A DNA stretch of 64,000 nucleotides, taken from the NCBI GenBank assembly GCA_050575255.1, contig JBNZDD010013730.1, forward strand, positions 6,168,543-6,232,542. Reading direction: 5' to 3'. How positions within the stretch are numbered: position 1 is the first letter of the stretch; every line of letters starts with the position of its first letter. A program made the position numbers and the translations under genes. The notes below the pieces were generated by a model. The model made no database searches and had not been told where the DNA came from. It saw only the letters and a program-made list of their open reading frames with translations. This DNA comes from Harriotta raleighana (lineage: Eukaryota). Positions 13,051-25,205 of this stretch are shown one piece after another.

Positions 13051-14694
13051 ATTTTTCTGTTTCTAATGGAACATTTGGAGTGATGGGATCATTAGTCATT
13101 AGTATGTGTCTTTAAGATAAGGAAGAAACCTAGATGCTTTTTGTAATACGTTTTCTGTTTAACAAGACATAATTGTGTAACAGATTGAGACCATGATTAA
13201 CTCCCAGCTATTGCCTTAGTATGTGACAGTATTGCTATCTGAATGCCTTAGAATGCGTTAAAAATACAAATGGGTTAAGAGGGTAATTGGGTGCTTCCAT
13301 CACCAGTCTTTTAAGAATTTGGGAATATGTAGAAAAATAAATTAGTTGTATTATCAATTTAGCTAATACTGTGGCATACAATGGCCATCTTTTGTAGATA
13401 ATTTTGGGTTTTCATCAAAGACATTGAAAGCAGCTCCTGATGCTTCTATAGCTGAGCTGAATAAGCAGTAAAATTCTTACCAATAAGCACTTTGAGATCC
13501 TAATCCCTTAGCTTTTGATAAATAGTACCTGTGTTCTCTAGGCTGAGACAAGCAGGCTTTTTCTTCTCCCCTTCCTTTTGGGGGAGAGATTGCAATAGTT
13601 CAGAGTTGGCAAACAGAAACTCAGCAAGGGATTTCTGCACATGTCAACTCCTAGCTGACAAAAACAAAGGAACGTATGTAAACTTGGGTGAAAATAAGTA
13701 GGGTAGTCATGTTCCAAGACAGAGAGAATTGGGAAGCAAATCCCAGTCCCAGCTGCAATTGCTGCCAAGGTATTAAAAAGGTACTGAAGCAGCCGTCAGA
13801 CACTGAGATGATTAATGCCTTGTTTTTAGTTCTGGAGCGAAGCAATATTGCTTCCAGCAGTAGTGCAATGCAGACGAGGGAAGACAGATTTATACTTCGC
13901 GCTCCTCATTGAATTGGCTCACTATTCTTAAGAAAAACTAACACCTGATACCACAGTTTGGCACACTGTAACAGAGTGCACAAGCAGAATTCTAATATTG
14001 GGTGAGAGGATTTCCATGTTATCAAAAAACTAGTTCCTTAAAATCTCTTGGTGATACTCACCATTTGCAAATGGGTCCAGCAACGATTTGCAACCATGAC
14101 ATCTGAACTGCAACATATCATCACAACTAGCACAAACTTATTTTCAAATTTATTCTCCACTTTTATAGTGATTCATCATCTCCCAAAAAACTCTCAAGTC
14201 CTCAACACAAAGCCAATAGTGTTCGACGGAGACTTTACATCCGGATTCAGTTACGATGGCAATTAATAGATTTATTGTGAAGGGAATAATTGATTAAAAG
14301 GATAATTTGCTTCAACATAAATTTATTTTTCCTGCATTATAAAATAAACATAAATCTGCAGGTTTAAGCATTAATTTCGGTGGGGGTTGCTATTTTAAAG
14401 GCATGATTCTCAGTCAAGTTTGCAATTGATCTATTTTGGGGTTAACTGGAAAAGTACTTCACCAAAACAGTCAACATTTGCATTCCTTGGTAAAGTGAAT
14501 AATTGTTTTGTGATGAATGATTTTCTTCTTATATGCTATGTATAAACTGCACATACACCAAAGCTATTTATTTTCATACACCAAACATTTTATGCACAAA
14601 TTGCTCAGACTCCCATATATTACCCATGTAATTGTGAACACACCATCATGCGTTTCCAGCTTGTTTTGGGAACTGAGGCAAAGGCAAGGGGTGA

Positions 14695-15333
14695 ATAGAA
14701 ATCACTGGGAACACTCAGCAGCAGCTTAAGCAGCATCTATGGAGAAAGGAAAAGCACTATATAAATGTAAGGATTATTATTATATTATTATAAAAGTGAG
14801 TCAACTTATCGGGTCCACGTCCCTTCATCAGAACTGGGGGATGTTGGGAGGGAGAAGCTTTTAAGGACTAACAAAGAGGCAGGGCAAGGAAGACAAAAGA
14901 TAAAATGGGGTAAATGAGGACAGGGGATTAAAGAGTTGTTAATGTTGTGAAACAAAAGGGGGGTGCGGGGGATTGCAACAATACTGGGGAGGTGATAATA
15001 ATGTTAAACAAAGAGGGGGTGGTATTGCAAAAAAATAGGCAGACAAGATGGTCACAGAAGAGGTGGAGGAGGAAGGTGAGCTATTATGGCCGGAAATGAT
15101 TGAAATTCATAACATGAAATCCATAATCTTCCTTCTTTCATACCCTGCCTCTCCTTCTGTTAGTCCTTAAAAGCTTCTCGCTCCCAACATGCCCCAGTTC
15201 GGATGAAGGGTTGTGTATCCGAAACATTGACTCACTTTTCCATTCTCCATCGATGCTGCCTGACCTGTGAGTGTTCCCAGCGATTTCTGTTTTTGTTTCA
15301 GATTTCCAGCATCTACAGTATTTCGCATTTTTG
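14695..15333. mobile_element. Penelope-like element remnant with inverted terminal arms
   Basis: Left arm 14695-14890 (+) and right arm 15130-15333 (-) share gggaacactca...gcagcatc.atggagaa.ggaaaagtgagtcaa...cccttcatc.gaactgggg.atgttgggag.gagaagcttttaaggactaaca. The start aaatactgtagatgctggaaatctgaaac is the common shark Penelope terminal repeat (recalled). Confidence 0.75.
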
Positions 15334-16737
15334 CAAAGAGTGAATAACCTTGTCAGAGTGATATGCTCTCGTCCATAATCCTGTGCAACATTGAAACGTC
15401 TGTTGAACAGAAAAGAAATGGGCAACAGCACACAATTGTATGGAAATCTTTGCAAAAACATTTTACCCACTTGTTTTTCTGAAATTGCAGATCATCTGAC
15501 AAGACAGGGAAAAGGAATTGAAGAAAGATCATATTTTCCTAGGAGTCTGTTCCTTACTGTATTATGCTTTAATCAGACTGACAAATAAATCAAAGGCAAG
15601 TCTGGTTCCTGGCACAGTAAATAGTCCACGCTCTGTCAGGATGTCACCATGTTCCCATCAGCATAATCTGTAATAAATGTATTTTGCCAGTAGCACCAAA
15701 GGAGATGGCAGTTCTTATCTTCTGTAATTCGGGCATATTTCAGTTCCCTCTTGCTATTATGTGCCTTCAATATCCACCATATCTGAACCAGAGGCCAGCT
15801 GCTTTCTTTCTAAATGACCCGTCATAATATTGCTGTTGATGAAACTAGGAAGTAGTAACAGAAATCCATGCCTTTGTGTTGAAACCGAGGCCAAGAATCG
15901 ATTCTTGTCCACTGAGCAGAAAGGTTCCTCAGGGGATCAATAGATATCTTGACGATCAACCCAAACTTTCTTACCCTAAATTTGGTTCATTCACACTTTC
16001 GGACAATTTACAATTTAGTGGGTGGTGATATAGGCTCCTGCTTCATTTCCATGTTTCTGGATGATGAAAGGTAATGAGATGCACAATCTACAAAGAGTTT
16101 GATAAAATGCACTTTGGTATTCACAGTTATATTTTGCTATCTCGATTAAAGAAGGCAGTGCATCAAAATACACTCAGTTCGGATTATGCTTTTTTCTTGC
16201 ACAGCAATATATATTTAATAATGTTATTCAGTATTCTTCACCCTTCCTATATAAGGCATAAAGTCTCTCTTGCTCGATTAATTTTACCTTTGCACAGCAG
16301 CTTGTTGGAGGTATCCAGGCAGGGTTTTCCTGCACTCTGACATGTGTTTCACATCCTTGCATCCCGACAACATTGACTGTGATTAAGAAATTTGCATACT
16401 AGCAAAAATAAACCACCATCTCATCATTCAGTGACAGAGCTTATTGATGCTCCAAAGCACTGCATTTCTTTAATGTCTTCCCTCATTGTAGTTTGCAGAA
16501 ATCTCCCACGGTTCCATTGCAATGTTCACTGAGGCTGTAGTTTTTTTTTATTTTCATTGGAGATTTTTAAAATACATGCTGAACACCTTTTCCAAGAATA
16601 TATCTATTCTCTTGTGTGGGATCTTGAAAGCAAGATGAGTATAAATTCCTCTGTCCCAAAAGCGTCCCAATTCTCTCCACTTGCCTTTGAGAACAGTATT
16701 TTTTCTACCATCTAAACTATAAATAGAAGGAAAAAAA

Positions 16738-16870
16738 CAAATCTTTGCATTTGATATAGCGCCTTATCACGTCTTCAAAATGTCTCAAAGAGCTTTGCAG
16801 GATTTTACCTTCAACTGTAGAGACTGCGTATTTATAAGTGAACATGGCAGCCAATCTGCACATAGAGCCA
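16738..16870 (-). mobile_element. SINE 3' half (Deu/L2-tail family)
   Basis: tctttgcatttgatatagcgccttatcacgtcttcaaaatgtctcaaagagc...atggcagccaatctgcacat. Confidence 0.75.
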
Positions 16871-18429
16871 TGAAGTGAATCACCAATTTTATCAAGAGGA
16901 TTTTTATAGAAAGAATGAACATATAAATTTATTTCCAGTATATTATCAACAAGAGATTGTTTTGCGCCTGGCTCCTGATTAAAAATGTATTTTTAAAATA
17001 GACGCCAAATATTTAGCCAAGAGGATGAAAAGATTTTGCCAACATTAAATTAAAGCTGATCAAACAGGGTTTATTCAAGTGATATAGTCCATCAATAATT
17101 TGAAGGGGTGGTTAATATAATATATGTTATCTCGAACTCCAGACAGGATGCCTTTGTGGTGTCCCTTGGCACAGAAAAGGCTTCAGATAGGGTGGAATGG
17201 GAATTCCTTTTGGAGGGACTTTGAAAAACGAATCTGAAGGCCAATTTTATTAACCAACTGACCTTCCTGTAGAAATCTCCAGTGACTATAGCTTACACCA
17301 ATGGCTTCGTTAGACGGTATTTAAATAACAAAAGGACACCTGTGTGTGACTGTGTTTGTGTGTGTGTTTTTTCACTTCTCTCAGTTGCTGATGCCATGTC
17401 CCTGTGTATCTAGTATCAGGATTGGTGATGATCACCCCCATCTCACTATTTACAGGACTTTCCATGTTACCTGAGGTTACTCGGTCGGACGGACCGGACT
17501 GTTCCTCAGATGTGTCCATTATCAATGATTTTGAGATTCTGTCCAGGCAGAAAAGTAACATTTGCATCCCAAAGGTACACAAACTGCTGCCCTTATTGTT
17601 AAATTTCACAACTGAACATATACCTTAGTTTCCAATGCATTTTAAGAAGAAATAATTTGTGAAATATTTCTCATATATACGTAGTATGATTTGAAATAAT
17701 CAGTCCCCTCTGTCACCTATCATGATCTGATGAAGTGTTAAGTGTGTGTAATCACAACTTGCAAATAATATAGCATGTTACACCAAAAATGAATATTTCA
17801 AAGTCTTTACATCTTACATCTACAACTCTACAGTAGCTATACACCTTTAATAATATTGCAAAATATACTAGAGTTTGTTCTCAATTGTTGTGCTCCCAGT
17901 AAAAGGAAGGAAATCACCTCCACCCTTTTTCTTATGCTGTTGGAATTTTCCCTATTGCTCACTTTGAACAAAGTGAGTTTTGTCCAAATGCTTTTTGTAT
18001 TGTTTTAATATTTGGGCAACCTTTGCTTTAAATTAAAGCGCTCCTAAATAACCAGAGATCGGTTGAATTACTGCTTTTCACTGTTTAAGATATTGAAATG
18101 TTCACATACACTACTATGATCTTTTCTTATCCAATGCCGGGCATCAATCCAACCCATTCGAATAGAATGATTTGTAGAGTATGGAACGGAATGTTAACAG
18201 CATCATCTCACTTGCTCCAAAGTATGATCGGATATGGTAAGCCTTTTGCTTTCCCACACAGGGAGCTGCCAGTCTGAATCTGAGTTTTGGAAAGACGTGC
18301 TTGAAGCTTCCTCAGTGAGAGGAAACTGAAATCTTTTCAAATTCCTCACACAGAATACTGCTTGAGAATGAGTTTCTTTGTAAAGGTAGCTAAAGTTATT
18401 TTTTTCAGAAACAAAGGAATCTCGTATCA

Positions 18430-18648
18430 TGGAACTGCATCCCCCAGTCCCTCCGCCTCGCCCCCTCCCTGGCCTCCTTCAAGTCCCACCTCAAAACTCT
18501 CCTCTCTGATGGTTCCATCGGCAACTCCTAATCCCCCCTTCCCTCCCCACCCCGTCCCCAGCTCGGGTCTGGCACAGTGCCTCGAGACGTCCTCCTGACA
18601 TGAAAGGCGTGAGCGAGACAGTACAAGTATAATTTTGTTGTGGTTGTT
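18430..18648 (+). mobile_element. L2 LINE 3' fragment
   Basis: tggaactgcatcccccagtccctccgcctc...tccttcaagtcccacctcaaaactctcctc encodes a WNxIPQSLR...SFKSHLKTLL-type L2 end. C-rich UTR and a (TTG)n-like tail follow. Confidence 0.85.
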
Positions 18649-20378
18649 AAATGTTTCTTTTTGGATCATTTACATTTACATGCTGTGATACCCAGACTAT
18701 ATTAAAAGTTGAACATTAGCTCTCCCGGGGGCCAAACGAGTGGAGGCACTGTCCAAAACAGTACAAACTATGAAATTTGCCACAATACCAAATTTTTATA
18801 TTTATTAGTATCCAGGGGAAATATGCCTGAGAACGTCATTTGTACTGCTCAATTGTCATGGTGGAAAAGGGTTTGTATACCATGATTAAACTTGGTGCAT
18901 TTTGGAACAAAGGGCATTTGTCTTATTTTTGCTCAGATATATTCTCACATGACACAAATGGATTAAGTTATATGAGAATTATATTGAATTTCATCTCAAG
19001 TTTCTGGAGCCATTTAGTGAACTATGATCATATCTATTAATGTCATATCTGTAAATTCGATTTAATCCCCTTTTTATTTACTAATAAACTTACAAGCTCT
19101 AGTTTCCAGCATTTATATGTGGAAAAAAAAGGCCCACGTAAATAGAATCACAGAATGCACAGCATAATAATCTGGAATTAATTGTGTATCAATCGAATAT
19201 TCTGATCTGAAAGCCTCCGTGCCATTCTGATACTTCTACAAAATATTTTTACACAGCCATAATGTTTACGTTCTATGTGAAATATTTCTAGAGTCTGTAG
19301 CTACATTCTATGAAAATAGCAGTTTTGCTTTGTTAAAAGAAAAAACGCTGATGACTCAATAGCTGCAAATCCAACTGGTTACCTTTCTTCCTAAGACGTG
19401 CTTGACCTTATCTTTTTCTGACTTCCTAGCAGGCGTGATGAGTCATACATCCTGTACGGCAAAAACATCCGCTTGAAAATGTACTTTGTTCAAGAATATG
19501 GAGCGCCCAAGTCTCAATACCAGATACAAAAACTCATTAGCATTCCATGTGTGTCAGTTCCTTCGCTGAATGCTCCAAGCTTGTGTGCATGTAACAGTAC
19601 TTTTGAAATTTGCATGGAAATTTGGGGCATGGTCCCACCTGGAGTACATATAAAAAGTTGACTGAATCCTTTGAGAATTGGTACAAGTACAGATTATGAA
19701 TTTAAAATGTCTGTTCCTGTGACCTGTTTGCTGCTGCTGAATAGTGATGACAGACAGCTGCAGGAGTATTGGGAGCGATTAATTTCTAACTGTAGTTTTG
19801 ACTCTTTTTGTCTTTAAAGGTTATTTGTAGAGTTCTTACAAATTAATTCTTGAGTTCGTTTCTTGAAAGTTTAGTTTAGAAAAATATAGTCCCTACTTAT
19901 TCACATGTGCTCTATGGAGTTTGGAACACCAACTTCAAACTGTGAGGCCGAATGTAATGGGTGTAGTGCAATTAATCCAATGATATTGAAGTCTAGATGT
20001 ATCTGAAAGTTGAAGATTGCAGCGTTTTACCAACAGCAGAACTATCAAACGTTCGTGCTCACCCATGAGTTGTTAGCAAGACCCAAAACGACAATGTGAA
20101 GCACAGGATTTCCCTTCATGTAGATAGCATTTTACAGTTCTTGAAACACCTGATGAATCAATGAGCTCTCTTCTTCATACATTTAAAGCTTATACCCAAT
20201 AAAATAATAAAAATAAATAAACACAAAATAATTCCCTTGTTCTACTTATGCGTCCTCATGGAATTTTGGTCACTGCTCAGCCAGCAGATGAAGGAGAACA
20301 TGAGGTAGGTGCATATCCAGTGTATTCCCGAGTTAGATGAATTGCTGATCCTTCACCTTATGCTTATTATAATAACAT

Positions 20379-20911
20379 TAATAATAATCCTTGCATTTGA
20401 TATAGCACCTTATCACATATTCGAAACATCTCAAAACACTTCAGAGAACATACTGTAAAGTGAATTGACTTCATATTTTGTGGGTAAAATGCAAAGTCTG
20501 TAGACATGTGAGCGAAATGTGACAACCAATTGCGCACAGCAGTATCCCACAAATAGTTATGGATTCAGTGACCATTAATTTTCTTTAAATCTTTTATCTT
20601 TTCAAGAGATTATTAGCCTCAGGAAAGCAATCAGATAAACAACTAGCACCTGGGTTCTTACTTTACCAAATCCCCTCTTTCCCTCCACCCTCTCCATCCC
20701 CAGCTCGGGTCTGAAACAATGATTGTCCAGCATCTTGGAATGGCCTGAAAGGCGCTGTACAAAGTGTAATTTTGTTGTTGTTGTTGTTACTGCTAGGTAA
20801 ACAGAGCCATATGGAGTAAGGCAACTTGCCCGATGTTTCAGCCTGCTCTGGAATCAAACCCAGGTCTTCTCGCTTGTGAGTCGAGTGCTCCAACCACAAA
20901 GCTGCAGGACT
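20379..20911 (-). mobile_element. Full-length tRNA-derived SINE (long variant) with a nested L2 fragment
   Basis: tRNA-like head at 20845-20911, CORE-like segment, and Deu/L2-type tail with (TAA)n at 20379. Confidence 0.85.
20666..20788 (+). mobile_element. L2 3' end inserted in the SINE in opposite orientation
   Basis: ccaaatcccctctttccctcc...cagctcgggtctgaaaca...gaaaggcgctgtacaaagtgtaatt(ttg)n matches the reverse complement of 58256-58396. ttac lies on both sides. Confidence 0.85.
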
Positions 20912-21769
20912 TCTATTATGGGAAAATGCCGATCGATCTGATGTGTCGAATTTTGACTCTCTGTCCCATATACAGTAATTTCCTCCTGTTCTTCTTGTGC
21001 ATTTTTTTTTCCACATCTTTCCATCACTCTGGCAGAAGACAATGTGACTGGAATGTATTTGGCCACCATATCTAGTTTGATGATGAATCCCAGAGCTCAC
21101 CAGCTCCTCATTTAAACTGATAAATCACACAAGTTGCTTATGCATCTCAAGGATGCTTTTGACACATTGGTCCTTTGGAACCTGATTTCTCGCGCCTTCT
21201 AAGAAACACGTTTCCTGTCTAATTAGCATAACTATCTGCCTTTACACAAAGGGAAAGCAATCTTTCCCTCTAAACTTAATTTTGTCAACACCTGAGAGAG
21301 ACAAAATGCAAATATTAAATATAAAGTCATATTGCTGGTATGAAGGAATAAACGTTTTGCAAAAAAAACTGACAGATTTGGTCCAAACTACTTTTCCTTA
21401 AGCATATGACATTGGAATTATGTAATTGCTCAATCGGACAACAAAACACCTGTCTTCCCTTCCTCTGAGGTATCTTCTGGGGCTTTGCTTCAGTGCATTA
21501 ACCCCTTCCCAAACTTCTAAAAGTATGACACTTAACTGAAAAACCTTGCCAGTGGCAGTCTCCAAGGTTCTCCTTGGTCAAATCAGGTGCTTCGCGATAA
21601 TACCAAATACATTGGAACATTTCATCCAAGTGGAATAATAGGTTAGCATAGGATCTATAGATAGTTGTAGCGTTTGATATTCATATGATATCTGACTGAC
21701 ATCAGCAAAATGGAGATCTATTAGTTTAAACAGATTAGAACTGTATCAGACTCACATTATGCAGTGTGG

Positions 21770-21935
21770 TTGTGTGAGTATCAGCTGAAATCAGGTTCTA
21801 ACTCGACTATTGACATTGTTAAACAACACACCAACGTTCTCTCTCTGGCTTCACAAAAGAATAATAGTCACTTGGTGAAGTAACCAGTATCTTTTGAACC
21901 ATTACGGATCAAAAGTCAGGAGGTTTTCAGTGAGA
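21770..21935 (+). mobile_element. Possible AmnSINE2-like 3' remnant
   Basis: ggcttcacaaaagaataatagtcacttggtgaagtaaccag...aagtcaggaggttttcagtgag. Weak similarity only. Confidence 0.3.
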
Positions 21936-22237
21936 ATTTATCTGTAAAAATAGAACACGTGAAATGCCTTAAATTATCCAGGTCCACAGATTCCTAAAAT
22001 CAATAATTCAAACTTGGAAGCTTCTTAACACAATTGCACAAAATATGCTAGGGAGGAAAAAATAATACTTCACATACTTCACCTATACATTGTACCATAT
22101 AATTTTTCTGTACAACTCAACACCTTTTCCATCAATATAGTATTTGTGGTGTTGGGCATTTGTTATCTTAACCTGAATATAGGAGGTTACAATAAACTAG
22201 TAATATTTTCATTTTACCCTCCTAGTGCTCATTATTT

Positions 22238-22254
22238 TGCTGCTGCTGCTGCTG
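22238..22254. repeat. (TGC)5 microsatellite
   Basis: tgctgctgctgctgctg, seen directly. Confidence 0.8.
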
Positions 22255-24683
22255 GTACAATTCATAGTGGCCTTGCTGCAGTATAACCTTGACTTTGGAA
22301 TTCATGAATATCTAATGGTTGTGTTTTTCTCAAGCCAGATCAGAAGCCGAAGGCCAAATAAAGCAAAGCTTCCAATGCTGAAAGATTCATTGTAAAGATC
22401 ACCATAATGACATTGTGGATCTCCTCGCTCACTCTATTTCAGACGGAAAGTTAAGTGCGTACCCTAATTGCATTCAGTAACTCTAAACTAGTTTGAAACT
22501 TTCAACTACATTTCAACAAAGATGCAGACTTGAATTACAAAATGTCCCTTATTATAAACTGTTGCCATGGACAACAGAAAAAGGCGAGTGCATATTTCTG
22601 TGGACACCATGGGTTCAGTGCATTTTTTATCCCTGTAGAATGCTCCAGTTCAGTAGCTTCGTAATAACACAGTCCAAAAATGTATGCAGATTGGTCTGAT
22701 TGCAGTTTCAAGTCCAACTGAATTTGCACAATTGAGATGGGCCTTGTCTCCTGCCACCTTCCTAATTGCTGGCAGAGCTGCCCATGGAAAGAAAAATTGT
22801 GGTCTGCAACCACTTACCATCATCATTTCTGATTGCAAAAATGGTGCGATTAAACTATCATTGTTATTTTAGATTGAAAAATTAATACGTTGTAATCAAG
22901 CTGATCTTGAGAATTACCAAATGTTTGGGTTCAGTTGCTTTTTTTCTGCACGCTTCTTAAAATGAAATCATGTAATTTGGCATTCAGAAGCACTGTGTCA
23001 CAGATCCTCAGCATATTTTGGATTAAATCCCTGTAGATTTAACCCAATTTTGCCCCCTACAATTCCCCCATTTTGCCCCTAGCAGTGGGTTCATTTCTTT
23101 ATGTCTTTTGTTGCAATAATGAATTAAATGCTGCCTCACTATGGCTGTCATACAATGACCAATAGTTCTTTGCCAGAATAGCTGAAAACTGATGAACCAC
23201 GATGTAAAAAGTGCTCAAGGTCCCCTTTTCTGGAATAAAACCTCCTTGAAATTATATTGTGGTTATTAGTAGAAATGCATGCTGCTCTGCTTCTAAATTC
23301 ATACAGCATTCTTATACAGTGCCTGGGGATTAGTGCCCAGTGGGCAGCCAATCAGAACATGTAAAATGCATAATGTAGCTACTAATGAAAAGTAATTCTT
23401 CATTATTTTTTCCAACATTGAACTCAATTTGTATTCTGCACACCTTTAAAACCAATTCAATGCTTTATTTAGCATTTTAATTTTTGTTGTAGCTTTCCTG
23501 AAAAAAAATAATAAAAATAATAAATACTAGAGAAATTGGAGCTTTGAAAAGATTTGCCAAACGGATTTTTCTTATTAACTCTTGAGGTACCATGTCTCCT
23601 GGGTGATAATATATCTGTGGTAATTCCAAATGTTTACGTGGGAAAAATAATAACAGGAACTTGCGACAATTCAAAATCTGTAATAAATGTTTGATGAATT
23701 GTAACAGTATAAAAATGTCACATTTATGGGTCATATTAAAATATGATCAGCTAAATTCTGTTATCACCATTACCTGCAGTTTAAGGTGGCAATTTGTGAA
23801 CCAAAGCCACCTTGTTTTTTTGCTGTGCTGCAATGAAAATTGTATATTCCATTCCATTTTCTAATGCATACAGCATCAGTAAGCTTGCGTGTATCATATT
23901 AATTTAGAAAAGTGCTTGTATATCTAATGTAAGAAAAGGACTCATGTAGCACTATAAATGTTCAGATTAGCTATTGTGCCTTGACATGACAATACAGACG
24001 TAAGAGAATTCAAGCTCAAATGTGGGCCAGCAAGCAAACAAACATTTCACTGACTGTTAGGTGGAAATAATAAAGAATGTATTGTATAAGATAAATTGAA
24101 CACTGGGCACATAGATTAATGCATTCAGTAAGGATATGTGAGAGTGAAGATAAGAGCGTAGGATGTCAAGAGAGAAACACACCACAATTAGGTGTTGAGA
24201 CAAGTGAGAAAAAAGGTAATTGAGGACGTACAGGATCTTAGGAAGAGCATGAATGCCAGGAACTTGTCTCATGCTATTTGGCAGATCTCAGTCTCGCTCA
24301 CATCCTTCAGCCATAATCCTGCCAACAAGACACTTCAGAGTTGAGGTCCGAGGGCACAGAAAGGTTTTACTATCAGATCATACTACAGAAGACAGTGCTA
24401 AGATTTTTTTTTTTTAATTTAAAAAGCTATTTCTATTTGCTTAATTACTGAAAGATCCGAATATAATGGTGGATTGTGATCCGTGATCACATGTCACATC
24501 AGATTTATCAAATGCAAGTCCTTTAAAGTAGGGTAACTATGTCTGATCACTACCGGATCGTGTTATCTGTAATGACCAAACTGCTGTTTGATATTCTGCT
24601 GTAGGAATTGAGTTAAATGCCATTTAATCAATGGCCATGATGCCCATTATAGCAAGTAAGATGTTGCATTCTAAATTAATATG

Positions 24684-24982
24684 AAGAAGAATCCTTGCAT
24701 TTAATACAGTGCTTTTCACGTCTTCAAGACATCTCAACGTGCTTCACAGAATATCCTGCAAAGACTGTAAATATGTGGGCGAAACATGGCAGCCAATTGT
24801 GCACAGAGGTGTCCCACAAGCAGTCATGGATTGAAATGACCAGTTTCTTATTGTTTTTTTTGAAGGATTATTATTAGACGTGTGGAGTAAGGAACTTAAC
24901 CCAAGGTTTCGCCCTGACCTGGAATTCAACCCAAGTCTCTTGCTTGTCAGGCGAGTGCTCTCACCAGAGAGCTTCAGGACTC
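24684..24982 (-). mobile_element. Full-length tRNA-derived SINE (short variant)
   Basis: Head (reverse complement) gagtcctgaagctctctggtgagagcactcgcctgacaagcaagagacttgggttgaattcc with A/B-box-like motifs. Same tail as the other copies. Head duplicated after the N at 25058. Confidence 0.88.
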
Positions 24983-25205
24983 GATTAATACAAAATAGTG
25001 ATCTCTGTTGCCTCGTTTTGATAGGATTATAGTTTTACAAATACATGCTAAGGATGTNGCCCTGACCTGGAATTCAACCCAAGTCTCTTGCTTGTCAGGC
25101 GAGTGCTCTCACCAGAGAGCTACAGGACTCGATTAATACAAAATAGTGATCTCTGTTGCCTCATTTTGATAGGATTATAGTTTTACAAATACATGCTAAA
25201 GATGT
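24911..25205. other. Assembly artefact: near-identical copies joined by a single N (25058)
   Basis: A 147-bp segment repeats either side of the N with 3 substitutions. The same pattern occurs at N 4524, 5509, 34600, 35113, 37093 and 40146. Confidence 0.85.

Noticed and set aside
20663-21100. 145-aa ORF (also 27334-27789, 43988-44287, 18362-18669)
   Set aside because: These run through SINE/L2 sequence and microsatellite tails (poly-N, T, C, G tracts) in non-coding frames.
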